Shown piece by piece: positions 52,445 through 61,744 of a DNA stretch of 64,000 nucleotides (positions are counted from its first letter, which is position 1; every line of letters starts with the position of its first letter). Below the pieces are notes generated by a model. The model saw only the letters and a program-made list of their open reading frames with translations. It searched no databases and was not told where the DNA came from. The stretch comes from a virus, in IMG/VR virus record IMGVR_UViG_3300045988_173726, positions 1 to 64,000 of that record; one strand, 5' to 3'. The translations under genes and the position numbers were made by a program.

Positions 52445-52730
52445 TTGTACTTTGAGCATGGTTTGTACTTCTGAAAAAGAAATTTGGCTCGTGTGAGAGA
52501 GTAGGTGAGGCTTTTCTATTTTATAGACTCTCTAAAATCACGGAAATACCATAGTGGATTTTATGGGTAGACCTATGGGTAAAAATGGCTATACCAGCCA
52601 CTAAAAATTTTGAGCTTGAAAAGCACAGGTTTTTTCGAGGGCGTCTTCTCGAACAGCCGTTTGGGTAGGGGGCTTGGGGCAGGGTTTTGCAAAAGGATTG
52701 CAAGTTCATAAAATTAGAGGGAGTTGAACA
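52445..52730 (+). repeat. Conserved intergenic module, member C (blocks in permuted order)
   Basis: It starts with two TTGTAC boxes and GGCTCGTG, which is the 3' block of member A. The middle shares words with A (GACCTAT, GGTAAAAA, ATACCAG, AAAATTTT, AGCAC). It ends with TTTGGGTAGGGGGCTTGGGGCAGGG...AAAATTAGAGGG, which is the 5' block of A. Confidence 0.5.
52463..52493 (+). promoter_or_regulatory. TTGTAC-N17-GGCTCGTG box (twin of 11999-12029)
   Basis: TTGTAC (52463-52468), a 17-nt spacer, then GGCTCGTG (52486-52493). See 11999-12029. Confidence 0.4.
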
Positions 52731-52802
52731 AAGCCTTCCAGACTGGGAAGAGCCTGTTTACCCGTCCGTGTTTATGGGAATAAAGTTTTTAGGAGGTGTG
52801 AA

Positions 52803-53720
52803 ATGATTTGGGCATTGGCGCGTTGCATTGAGAGAGGGAAGTTAGTCGGGTATTTGGTGTTTGATGACACAACTTCCGAGGCTCGTACAGCTTCTCTAGC
52901 GAGTGTAGAGGCAAATCTAGGTCTTATAGAAAACTTTGCCTATGGTATTCCGAATACAGACAAGTATCCTATCGTAACAGGCGGTAAGTTTATCGAGAGT
53001 GCGGTGGTAGCGAAGCGGAATCGGTATAATCTTGGCAGAGAGCGGGTAGCGATGTTTTGCACTGGGGTAGTAGACGAGACATATCGTATTGTGTTTATGC
53101 CTTACGGTGGTAGTTTAGATGATTTGAGTTACAAGGTGATAAGCCAGATAAATCTAAATAGGTGCATAAAGGAGTACGGGGAGCAGGCAATCTTTAACGC
53201 AGAGCGTGGCGAGGACGGAAGCTTGGTGTTTAAGAGCGCGATATGTGAATCGGTTAAAGCGCCGAGTAAGGTAAACGGTGCGAGGGCAGTATTTTTAGCG
53301 CGAGCGAGAGCCTTGGTCGGGGTAAGTCTTGGGGATGACGGTACGCTTAATCGTATACCTGCACATGAGACTCGTTCGTTTGAAGTTCCGCTCGGGACAT
53401 ATCATATCGGAGAGCGTTGTTTTGTAGGGGCGAGGGGAGCTATCATTGCTTTTCCGTCTACGGTTAGGAGTGTCGGGGAGTATGCATTTAGCGGGTGTGG
53501 CTTGGTAGAAGTAAGGCTAAATGACGGGCTTCGAGAGATAAAGCGGTGTGCTTTTGAGGATAACAGCTTTGAGGAAGTAACGCTTCCAGAGAGTGTAGAC
53601 ATAGTGCGCGGGCAAGCGTTTAGGGGTTGTTCAAAGTTAAAGCGGGTAAAGCTGTTTAGGCGGACGAAGGTCGAGAATATGGCATTTCCGAGGGCTGTAA
53701 AGTTTGTTTATCTGGGATAA
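52803..53720 (+). CDS. N-module + BspA-type leucine-rich-repeat protein
   Basis: RBS AGGAGG. N-terminus WALARCIERGKLVGYLVFDDTTSEARTASLASVEANLGLIENFAYG is module-like. VPLGTYHIGERCFVGARGAIIAFPSTVRSVGEYAFSGCGLVEVRLNDGLREIKRCAFEDNSFEEVTLPESVDIVRGQAFRGCSKLKRV matches BspA-type repeats. Confidence 0.75.
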   Translation: MIWALARCIERGKLVGYLVFDDTTSEARTASLASVEANLGLIENFAYGIPNTDKYPIVTGGKFIESAVVAKRNRYNLGRERVAMFCTGVVDETYRIVFMPYGGSLDDLSYKVISQINLNRCIKEYGEQAIFNAERGEDGSLVFKSAICESVKAPSKVNGARAVFLARARALVGVSLGDDGTLNRIPAHETRSFEVPLGTYHIGERCFVGARGAIIAFPSTVRSVGEYAFSGCGLVEVRLNDGLREIKRCAFEDNSFEEVTLPESVDIVRGQAFRGCSKLKRVKLFRRTKVENMAFPRAVKFVYLG

Positions 53721-53747
53721 GTAAAGGTTAAAGTCGTTCATTTTAGG

Positions 53748-53781
53748 GGCGAGGTAGCTATAATAGGCTACCTCGCCTTTT
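53748..53781 (+). terminator. Rho-independent terminator
   Basis: GGCGAGGTAGC-TATAATAG-GCTACCTCGCC followed by TTTT. Confidence 0.85.
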
Positions 53782-53881
53782 GAATTTGTCTCATGTGGTA
53801 TACTTATCTATAAACCCCTACTTGTTTTGCAAGTAGTTTTTAACGGAAATCGTTTGCCGAGAGGCAGAGAGGGGAATAGAG

Positions 53882-56866
53882 ATGGCAGATATAGTGATTA
53901 AGCGGACAGTGCCGCCAGAGGTGTATGCAATCGCTTTGGTAGTGGAGGGTAAGAAGGTAGTAGGGGTTCGGATGGTAGACGTGAGCCTAAAGCTCGGCTC
54001 GAAGGGGAGCTTGTTTGAATTTCCGCTTGGGGTTGTAGAGAAAGCTGTTCGGACGGACGCGAATCTGATACGGAATCTTGCATTTAACGGCAGTTTAAGG
54101 CTTATAAACGGAGACATACGGAAGTTTCCAGCGGTAGACAAGGCAGGAAAGCTACTTACGCCAGAGCGAGTTCATGTGTTAAATACGATTACGCAGGACG
54201 GACGGATAGTGGGGTATCGTATAGTAAATTATAAGGGCAAGACAGTTAGAGAGCGAGCGGATAAGGTAATTGCGGCGGTCGAGAAGTTTGGTTTATTAAA
54301 CGGAATCATACAGGAGAACAGCTACACGAAGGTCATCTCGGGGATAGAGCGTCCGATAGCGAATGTAGAGCTTTCAAAAGCGGCAGTGGCAGAGACAAAG
54401 AGCGGCAGTCGGAGGATAAGGGCGGCATCTTCGTTAGCTGAAAACGGGGTAGCTAGGAGAGAGGCTATTGATTTAGAGAATATTCTTGAGAAGAATGACG
54501 CATTTAAGTCATTAAACCACAGCCAAAAGACGGCTTTGCAGAAGTATTATATGTGGTATACGGTTGAGAAGTTTAACGGTTTGGCACAAGGAACAGTACT
54601 TGAAGCAAATCCTGTGAAGCTTGCAAAGCTTGCAGAGCTACGGGGTTATGACAAGTGGGTTTACGGTGGCTACATGGACTGTAGAGAAGTCGGAAAGGTT
54701 CATTGTGAGCTTGGTCATCCGTTGCGTCATGTGCATTATGCAAACGCGGTGGATAAGAGCGGGAAGGTCTTACGGACAATATGCTTTGGAGAGGATTGCT
54801 CGGCAGATTTTTTCAGTATTCCGAGGGAGAACATGGCAAAGCTTGCGAAAGTAAGACAGCAAGTATCTTCCGAGATAGACGAATTACTTGAAATCATGAA
54901 TAACCGAGACACAGCGAGCGAGGAAGATTTGCACCCCGTGCCTTTGTTTGAGAAGCTTGTATTTAGTCAGAAGGAAGCGGAGATAGTAAAGTTCTTCGGG
55001 CAGAAGTTAGGGACTAGTTTAATGGACTATAAAGCGACAGGGCTTCCGTTTCCGCAGAGTATGGTAGAGTTAGCTTGTCAGAAGATACAGGAAGAGGGTA
55101 GAGAGGGACTAAACTATCTCGGTAATGTAGCAAAGGAGTATCGAGACACGATAGAGCGGGTTTATGAGTCGCCGTACTATTACGGGATAATGACTGCCTT
55201 TAAGGATTATCTGAAATTCACGATGCAGAATACGATTGAAGGTAAATACCGCTACAATCCCTCTAAGAAGAACGACTACAACAAAGGCAAGGGCAGTTTT
55301 AGTAAGAAAGCCGTTTATGAGAGGCGGGTATTGCTGTATCGCTTTAGGGAGAGTTTAGGGGCTACGGCATTTACCTTTAAGGAGCTTGGTGAGTTACTGG
55401 GTATCTTTAAGACAAATCTCACACGGTCTGATGAAATCTGGGACGATTTTACGAAGGTTTGCGATAACATTTTACGCGAGAAGCCGTCTGACGAGGTTAA
55501 GAAGAAGTTAGTGCCTATTGTGCTTGCTTCAAGGCTTACAAGTAAGGTGTATAGAGCAAGGCTTTGTTCTTTGAAGCTTGACGGAGCTAGTCGGTATAGT
55601 TTCGGGATAACTGATTTTAAGAGTGTCTTTGATATAACTTCGATAGAGAATGTTGAGAGGTATGCAAAGTATTTAGCCGAGTCAACAGTGGCGTATCGAG
55701 AGGGTTTAGCAGAGTATAAGCGTTTATCTGGGGAGAAGCCCGTAGAGAAGCCTAGAGAGAGCCTAGGCGTTGCAGAGGCGAAGCGGCAGGGTCTTGAGAT
55801 AGTGAGCGGTTTAACGCGGATTTTGCCAGACTTAGATAAGCATATCGGGGCGGTGGTTTTTGATAGTCCAGAGGGTATTAAGCTTCAAGGAATAGACTAT
55901 GCAGGGGCAGAGAAAGAGGGCATGACGATTACGACAGAGAAGTTAGCTCTAGCCTATGCAATGACACCGAAGGGGAATAAGCTATACTTAAATTTAATCG
56001 CGAAGCTTAAGTTTATCACGGAGAACGAGAGCGAGTCAGCCTATGCAGTGAGTGAGGCGATGGTGCGTGTGAATCCAAAGAGCGGTGAGGCAGAGCCGCT
56101 TGAATTGAAGAGTTTAGGGGCAATTATCCTAGAGATAAATGAGGCTTGCGGGGTGTCGGAGCGTGCAAGAGAGCTTTTTAGCGCAGAGTATGCTACAGGG
56201 GAATACCTTGGAGCATTAAAGTGGCTCTTAGATAATCTTATCAACAGGAATCGACTCGGAAACGCAAGCACAGAGAGTGTAAAGGCTTTCTATAGCGCAT
56301 ATACAAAGGATTCTCTTACGGATAAGCACTACGAGGCGCTGTTTAGCGGTGATTCTTCTTCTTCTGGGGAAGCGGGAGCAGGAAGTAAGAAGTCTGACGA
56401 GGAGGTTCTTAAGGAGTATTCAAAGTCTCTTATCAAGGCGCTTCATGTGAAGAAAGGTAAGACGCAGGGATACAGTGTTTATCTGGTAAAGGGAAATCCG
56501 ATGATTGTAGCTTATAATCTGGATAATGATAATCGTTTAAGCGTCTTTACGGCGTTTTATAACCGTAAAAGATGGACTAGTAACATTTGGGACAGGGCAA
56601 AGCGTTGCGGGGACGCAGATTTAATATTCGGAGCGATGCTAAGTAGCGCTGTAAATGGAAAGGGCTTTGAGGATGCGCTAAAGCTGTTAAACGGAAAGAG
56701 GGCAGAAACGCTTAAACCTGTAGTGCTTGGTATGGTAACTGGCATCGAGGCTTTGAACGGTGGAATAGAGCCTATTAAGAGCAAGTATATGAGCGCAGAG
56801 GGAGATGAGATATTCAGTAAGGACGGAAATATCGACAACAAGGTTTACAAGGCGCTGTTAGAGTGA
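53882..56866 (+). CDS. Large (994 aa) protein with two N-modules and a Cys/His cluster, function unknown
   Basis: Module 1: VYAIALVVEGKKVVGVRMVDV...LIRNLAFNGSLRLINGDIRKFPAV. Module 2: VLNTITQDGRIVGYRIVNYKGKTVRERADKVIAAVEKFGLLNGII. Cys/His cluster: HCELGHPLRHVHYANAVDKSGKVLRTICFGEDC. Confidence 0.75.
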   Translation: MADIVIKRTVPPEVYAIALVVEGKKVVGVRMVDVSLKLGSKGSLFEFPLGVVEKAVRTDANLIRNLAFNGSLRLINGDIRKFPAVDKAGKLLTPERVHVLNTITQDGRIVGYRIVNYKGKTVRERADKVIAAVEKFGLLNGIIQENSYTKVISGIERPIANVELSKAAVAETKSGSRRIRAASSLAENGVARREAIDLENILEKNDAFKSLNHSQKTALQKYYMWYTVEKFNGLAQGTVLEANPVKLAKLAELRGYDKWVYGGYMDCREVGKVHCELGHPLRHVHYANAVDKSGKVLRTICFGEDCSADFFSIPRENMAKLAKVRQQVSSEIDELLEIMNNRDTASEEDLHPVPLFEKLVFSQKEAEIVKFFGQKLGTSLMDYKATGLPFPQSMVELACQKIQEEGREGLNYLGNVAKEYRDTIERVYESPYYYGIMTAFKDYLKFTMQNTIEGKYRYNPSKKNDYNKGKGSFSKKAVYERRVLLYRFRESLGATAFTFKELGELLGIFKTNLTRSDEIWDDFTKVCDNILREKPSDEVKKKLVPIVLASRLTSKVYRARLCSLKLDGASRYSFGITDFKSVFDITSIENVERYAKYLAESTVAYREGLAEYKRLSGEKPVEKPRESLGVAEAKRQGLEIVSGLTRILPDLDKHIGAVVFDSPEGIKLQGIDYAGAEKEGMTITTEKLALAYAMTPKGNKLYLNLIAKLKFITENESESAYAVSEAMVRVNPKSGEAEPLELKSLGAIILEINEACGVSERARELFSAEYATGEYLGALKWLLDNLINRNRLGNASTESVKAFYSAYTKDSLTDKHYEALFSGDSSSSGEAGAGSKKSDEEVLKEYSKSLIKALHVKKGKTQGYSVYLVKGNPMIVAYNLDNDNRLSVFTAFYNRKRWTSNIWDRAKRCGDADLIFGAMLSSAVNGKGFEDALKLLNGKRAETLKPVVLGMVTGIEALNGGIEPIKSKYMSAEGDEIFSKDGNIDNKVYKALLE

Positions 56867-56887
56867 TTTTAAGTAGCGTGGTGGTCT

Positions 56888-56918
56888 ACGGGGAGAGAAT
56901 GAATCTCTCCCCGTCTTT
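56888..56918 (+). terminator. Hairpin terminator candidate
   Basis: ACGGGGAGAG-AATGAAT-CTCTCCCCGT followed by CTTTAG (a weak T tract). Confidence 0.5.
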
Positions 56919-56939
56919 AGAGATAGAGAGGGGTAGCTT

Positions 56940-58904
56940 ATGGATAGCAAGCTAATTGCAAAGTATTTATCAAAAGGTGGGTTTAAGGAAACTAGCATTG
57001 TACTGGCTTCTGGCAGGGCGGAAAAGAACAGTGCTGTATCTGGGGTTAGGCGTAGTAAAGGTAGCCCTGTGCAGACTAGTAACGCTGTGGAGTCTGTTCG
57101 GACAGATGTAGCCGAAAATGGTAACGCTACAACAGCTACAGCTATGCCGTCTGACATTAAGAGCGCGAGTAAGGGGAGCGCAAAGGAATCTGGGGCAACT
57201 GTGGGAGAAATAATCAAGTTTTCTCCTACGGATGACTTTTCTTCGCTGTACAACAAGGTAAAGCTAGGTGGTAACGAGACTTCCCTTTCGGAGATTGGGA
57301 AGCGTATCTTTCAGAATGCGATTCAGTGCTTAGTTTCGGTCTTTCGGATTAGGAGTGTGCAGGGTGGAACAGTACATTGCGGGCTTCTAGGAGAGGATAT
57401 TGCGCTGGTTTATCATGTGCATCCAGACGGGGCATTTGTTGCGGAGAGAGTTTCATTTATAGAGGGTTCTCGTGCGGGGCATATGCTTTTATTTAAGGGT
57501 TTAGAGGGCGACAAGTTAATTACGAGCGGTATTTCCGAGTATCTTATGAACGGAAGTGTTGAGGAAACAGCGAAGAAGGTAAGTGAGGAAACTGCAAAGA
57601 ATGTGTTTGGAAAGGCGAAGGCGGTATTTGAGGATTATGCTGGGATTTCCACGGTTTTAAGCAGGATAGACGCAAATCTTATGCAGGAGTATCTAAGTGG
57701 GAAGTTGTCAGACGAGAAGCAGTTGATAACAAAGAGCGATGTGGTGCATAAGCGGTTTGACGGAATAAAGACGCATAGTCTAAATAGTAAATCAAGAGAT
57801 TTGGCGCTTGACTACGAGGATGCGGCGGTATTGCTTGTGCGTTTAGCTGGGGCTAGTTTAGACGGCTTAAAGTTTGAGGACGATTTGTTTGTAAGCCGAG
57901 CGACTTACGAGATTGATAACGGAATTGAGATGAGTAAGCGGTTTGGGCAGAGGGTTACGGTAGAGTTAGAGATAGATAAGAGAAGTTATCTATCGGATTT
58001 TAGGCTAAAGTTTGAGCCTAGCGGTAAAACGGTCAGCCTGTTTACTGCGCCGAGTGAAATCGGGAGTGTGAGTGGGGCAGGTGGCTGGGTTTTGAATGTC
58101 AAGGAGGGGTTAAGCGAGGCAGTAAGAAAAGTGCTTGGAGTTGCGGTATTTGAGCATCTTACGGGAGTTAGAGATTCGGAGCGAGTGATACAAGAGATAG
58201 CGGAAGTTCGTGGAGACGCGCTAAATAGTCATATGGCGGTATCGAAGGTACATGAGATGTGTTCAGTTTTGTTTGCAATATTGGGGACACAAGTTCCGAA
58301 GGCAGTTGAAAAGACTAGCATTACCGCGCTGAAAGCATGGGAAGCTTGGGCAGATGACGAGAAGAACAGAGAGTTTGTAAAAGAGTATTGCCAGAGAGCG
58401 ATTAAGTTTAGGGAGCGGCTATTAAGGTTTGCGGACAGGAACTTGGATAGTTCCGTTGCACTGTTTACGATGGATGAAGAGCATATGGACGATGACGGAG
58501 TTGCCTTTGCTATCGTTTATGATTTTCGGAAGTATTCCGCGACAAACGGGCTTTATTTAATCGTAGATAAGGACGGAGACGGGGATGTAGTAGAGGATTT
58601 GTATGATTATAGAGCTGGTGGAAGCGGAAGCGACCATGAGTTGCTAAATATAATCGCGCATTTTGACGAGACAGCGCCAGACGCATTGGTTCGGTATCTA
58701 ATGCGAGAGGGTAGGGATACGGCATCGTTGGCTTTTGACGCATTAGGGAAAGATATATACGGGACAACAAAGTTTATCGGGCAGATAGAGAGTAAGTTAG
58801 AGACGACAGACGGTATGCAAGACGCGGTAAGGGATTATTTGTACTGTAAGAAAGAAGGTATCGCAGTTCCAAAGAGGGTTCTTCGCGAGTTAGTGAGAGC
58901 ATAA
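56940..58904 (+). CDS. Hypothetical 654-aa protein
   Basis: Long uninterrupted ORF. No recognisable motif. Confidence 0.65.
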   Translation: MDSKLIAKYLSKGGFKETSIVLASGRAEKNSAVSGVRRSKGSPVQTSNAVESVRTDVAENGNATTATAMPSDIKSASKGSAKESGATVGEIIKFSPTDDFSSLYNKVKLGGNETSLSEIGKRIFQNAIQCLVSVFRIRSVQGGTVHCGLLGEDIALVYHVHPDGAFVAERVSFIEGSRAGHMLLFKGLEGDKLITSGISEYLMNGSVEETAKKVSEETAKNVFGKAKAVFEDYAGISTVLSRIDANLMQEYLSGKLSDEKQLITKSDVVHKRFDGIKTHSLNSKSRDLALDYEDAAVLLVRLAGASLDGLKFEDDLFVSRATYEIDNGIEMSKRFGQRVTVELEIDKRSYLSDFRLKFEPSGKTVSLFTAPSEIGSVSGAGGWVLNVKEGLSEAVRKVLGVAVFEHLTGVRDSERVIQEIAEVRGDALNSHMAVSKVHEMCSVLFAILGTQVPKAVEKTSITALKAWEAWADDEKNREFVKEYCQRAIKFRERLLRFADRNLDSSVALFTMDEEHMDDDGVAFAIVYDFRKYSATNGLYLIVDKDGDGDVVEDLYDYRAGGSGSDHELLNIIAHFDETAPDALVRYLMREGRDTASLAFDALGKDIYGTTKFIGQIESKLETTDGMQDAVRDYLYCKKEGIAVPKRVLRELVRA

Positions 58905-58928
58905 TAGGGGCTAAAGGATAAAAGTTAG

Positions 58929-58966
58929 CGGGTAGTAAGGAATTCCTACCCGTACTTTTAATTTTT
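58929..58966 (+). terminator. Rho-independent terminator candidate
   Basis: CGGGTAG pairs with CTACCCG around a 10-nt loop, followed by TACTTTTAATTTTT. Confidence 0.55.
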
Positions 58967-58987
58967 GAAGTACTATGAAAACACTGG

Positions 58988-59016
58988 CAGTACACAGGGG
59001 CTATGTGCAGTATGAT
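58988..59016 (+). promoter_or_regulatory. Promoter with a GTAC-type -35: CAGTAC-17-TATGAT
   Basis: CAGTAC (58988-58993), a 17-nt spacer, then TATGAT (59011-59016). Confidence 0.45.
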
Positions 59017-59060
59017 TTTTAAGTAAAATTTTGGGCAGTTACGGAAAAGGAGAGGAATGG

Positions 59061-60296
59061 ATGCTCCGAAACGGTAGAGGACAACAGGGGTTGGGCTATA
59101 TTCTGATATTGCTTTCGGCTTTGCTTTTGGGTAGTTACGGTGTTAGGCTTCGGGTAGCTGATAAAGTTTCGCATATCGAGTCGCAGGAAGCGGAGAGAGC
59201 GAGAGTTTATGATAGCGTAAAGGCGAGAGGCAAGGCATTGGAGACAAGCGCGGGCGAGACAGCAGAGGCGAGTGAAGCCGAGGACAGTGCATTTAGCGGG
59301 GTAGCGTTTACGAGCCTAATCGCGTATAATTCGAGCGTAACGCCAGAGGCGGATGTAAAGGGGAAGCGTAACGCGGGGGTTACCTATCGCGAGGGGGAGA
59401 ACGGAGAGGTCGTAGCCGAGGGAGAGACAGGCGCGACTGAGGAGAGCGTAGGTAGCGAGCGAGAGGATAACACATATATCGGGGTATATGTATCAGGCTA
59501 CTTAGATAATGACTTGTTGTCGGGGTTAGCCTATGAGGTCTACTATGACGGTGCTTCTATCGGGACAACGAACACGAATCTCCGTTTAACAGCCCTAAAG
59601 GGAGATAGTAAGTACGACCATAACAGGGTAGATTTAATCGAGATTAAGGGGACATATGACCCGACAAGGCTAAGTTATAAGGCGTATACGGATAAGAACG
59701 AGACAGAGGTCTTAGGGATTGCTTATAACGAGGTAAACGACACAAAGGACTACGCAATACGGAGTGTAGGCGGGGAGCGAGTCTTGGTAGTAAAAGAGCC
59801 GTCCATCAAGTATGCGGATAGGATAGAGGCGGTAAACGGGGGCGCGGCAGTCGAGAGTAGCGCAGAGCCAGAGAGCAGTGAGGCGGCAGAAAGTGTATCA
59901 GAGAGTAGCACAGATACAAGCGCGGAAAGCGGTACGATAGCCGAGCCTGTGGACGAGCTGTACATATTAAACTATCAGTACAGCTTCTTTGGGAGTGATA
60001 CAGCACTAAGCGCGTTGCAGGGTGGCGCGTTTACGGTGCGGGACAAGACAAGTAACGCCGAGTTTAACGGTATTTCCGACTTACAGACAAAGTTTAGTCG
60101 GTATAGTGACGGGTCGATAGATGTGCTGGGGGTAGCACTGAATGTGAAGGTGCTTAGAAGCGCGTTAAACAGCTTTACAGCAGATAACGGGCGAGAGGCG
60201 GTATCGACAAACAGCATTATGAGTATCAAAGCAGGGTTTAACGGTTTATTTTCGCTTCATTATGCGGGAGCGGCGGGCGAGTTCGACCTAGACTAA
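59061..60296 (+). CDS. Membrane-anchored or secreted protein (start moved to ATG 59061)
   Basis: RBS AAAGGAGAGG. N-terminal hydrophobic helix GLGYILILLSALLLGSYGV. It has acidic S/E-rich stretches. Confidence 0.65.
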   Translation: MLRNGRGQQGLGYILILLSALLLGSYGVRLRVADKVSHIESQEAERARVYDSVKARGKALETSAGETAEASEAEDSAFSGVAFTSLIAYNSSVTPEADVKGKRNAGVTYREGENGEVVAEGETGATEESVGSEREDNTYIGVYVSGYLDNDLLSGLAYEVYYDGASIGTTNTNLRLTALKGDSKYDHNRVDLIEIKGTYDPTRLSYKAYTDKNETEVLGIAYNEVNDTKDYAIRSVGGERVLVVKEPSIKYADRIEAVNGGAAVESSAEPESSEAAESVSESSTDTSAESGTIAEPVDELYILNYQYSFFGSDTALSALQGGAFTVRDKTSNAEFNGISDLQTKFSRYSDGSIDVLGVALNVKVLRSALNSFTADNGREAVSTNSIMSIKAGFNGLFSLHYAGAAGEFDLD

Positions 60297-60412
60297 TTGG
60301 TAAGTCAGTGGTTTCAAACAATATAGAAGAAAGTTGAAATAATTCTCGATTTACATGTTTTTCATTAAGGATGGTTTTGTTAGGATATGTCGTATTGTGG
60401 AGAGGAATTGAA

Positions 60413-61744
60413 ATGTGTAGTAGAAAGTTTACAGTAGTGACTCAACTACATGAGAGGAATAACAGGGGTGTAATTGAATACATTGAATCTTCCCGTAGAG
60501 ATTACGGGAAAGCAATGCGAGAGACTTTCTATGCAATCAAGCGTGGTGGTTTCAATAAGTCACGGTATAAGACCTATCTTCAAAATAAATACAAAATTGT
60601 TAGTCGGACTGCTAATTCTATTGTTTTTGACGCACAAGGGCGCTTTAATGCTCTAAAGGAGTTGAAAGAGTATGAGAGGAAGCAGCTGGAACAGAAGATT
60701 AAACACCTTGAAGATATAGTCATTCCTAAGTTAGTGGAGAAAAGGAATCAGAATTCAATTAAACTTCAAGACGGATTATCTGTCTCGTTGATTCAACAAA
60801 GGAATCTAAGATTAAAGGTGGTATCAAAGAAAGCAAAGTTAAACAGGTTGAAGCAGAAACTAGCCACACTAGAGTACCAATTAAAATCTGGAAAATTAAA
60901 CATTTGTTTTGGTACGAAAAGACTGCTCAAGCGAAGTTACAAGAAGTTTAGCGAGCAAAGAGATAGTCAAATGAGTTTTGTAGGAGCTAGGGCGGAGACA
61001 GCATGTAACCAAGTTTTACAGTTGACTTACAATCGAAGGAGTAATCAGTTTTTGATTCGGTTGCGTAAAGATTTTGGAGGGTACAAGTCTGCTAAAGGTG
61101 ATGCTAGATACGCTTACGGAAAAGTTTATTTCAATTATCATAAAGCACAAATTGTCTCAATTTTGAGGTCTAAGGCTAGTCCTTTAAGCTACAGAATAAT
61201 CAAAAAGAATTCCAGATATTATCTCTGTTGTGCTTTCGAGTTTCAAGTAGATAACGGTGAAGTTGTTACTCGCTCTAGCTACGGAACTGTTGGATTAGAT
61301 TTTAACAAAGGTTTTGTGACCTTATCAGAGACTAATCAGTACGGACATTTAGTGCAAACACAGTTTATGCCTTATCGTTTCAAGTCTGGAAACAAGACTA
61401 AGACAGATTTACAGGTGGTATCAAATTATGTGATTAAATTAGCATTGAGAAAAGGTAAAGACGTTTGTATTGAGAATCTTGACTTTAGAGCAAAGAAGTC
61501 TAAGATAGAGGCAAAGGTAGGGAAGAAATACAATGAGATGCTTCATTCATTAGCTTATCAAGAGTTTATTGAGGTGATTGAGAGCGTAGCCTATAGAAAC
61601 AGAGTTGGCTTAAACAAAGTCAATCCTGCGTGGACATCATGGTTAGCAGAGAGGATTTACTGTAATCCCATGAAGCTAAATATACATACAGGGGCTTCAT
61701 ATGTAATAGCAAGGCGTGGACAGGGGTATAAAGACGCGGCGTAA
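60413..61744 (+). CDS. TnpB-like protein, copy 3 (start moved to ATG 60413 to match copy 2)
   Basis: MCSRKFTVVTQLHERNNRGVIEY... aligns with MQKLKLTIVAQLHEWSNRCLIEY... of copy 2. It has the same GLDFNKG, CIENLDFR and NPAWTSW motifs and the C-terminus NIHTGASYVIARRGQGYKDAA. Confidence 0.85.
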   Translation: MCSRKFTVVTQLHERNNRGVIEYIESSRRDYGKAMRETFYAIKRGGFNKSRYKTYLQNKYKIVSRTANSIVFDAQGRFNALKELKEYERKQLEQKIKHLEDIVIPKLVEKRNQNSIKLQDGLSVSLIQQRNLRLKVVSKKAKLNRLKQKLATLEYQLKSGKLNICFGTKRLLKRSYKKFSEQRDSQMSFVGARAETACNQVLQLTYNRRSNQFLIRLRKDFGGYKSAKGDARYAYGKVYFNYHKAQIVSILRSKASPLSYRIIKKNSRYYLCCAFEFQVDNGEVVTRSSYGTVGLDFNKGFVTLSETNQYGHLVQTQFMPYRFKSGNKTKTDLQVVSNYVIKLALRKGKDVCIENLDFRAKKSKIEAKVGKKYNEMLHSLAYQEFIEVIESVAYRNRVGLNKVNPAWTSWLAERIYCNPMKLNIHTGASYVIARRGQGYKDAA

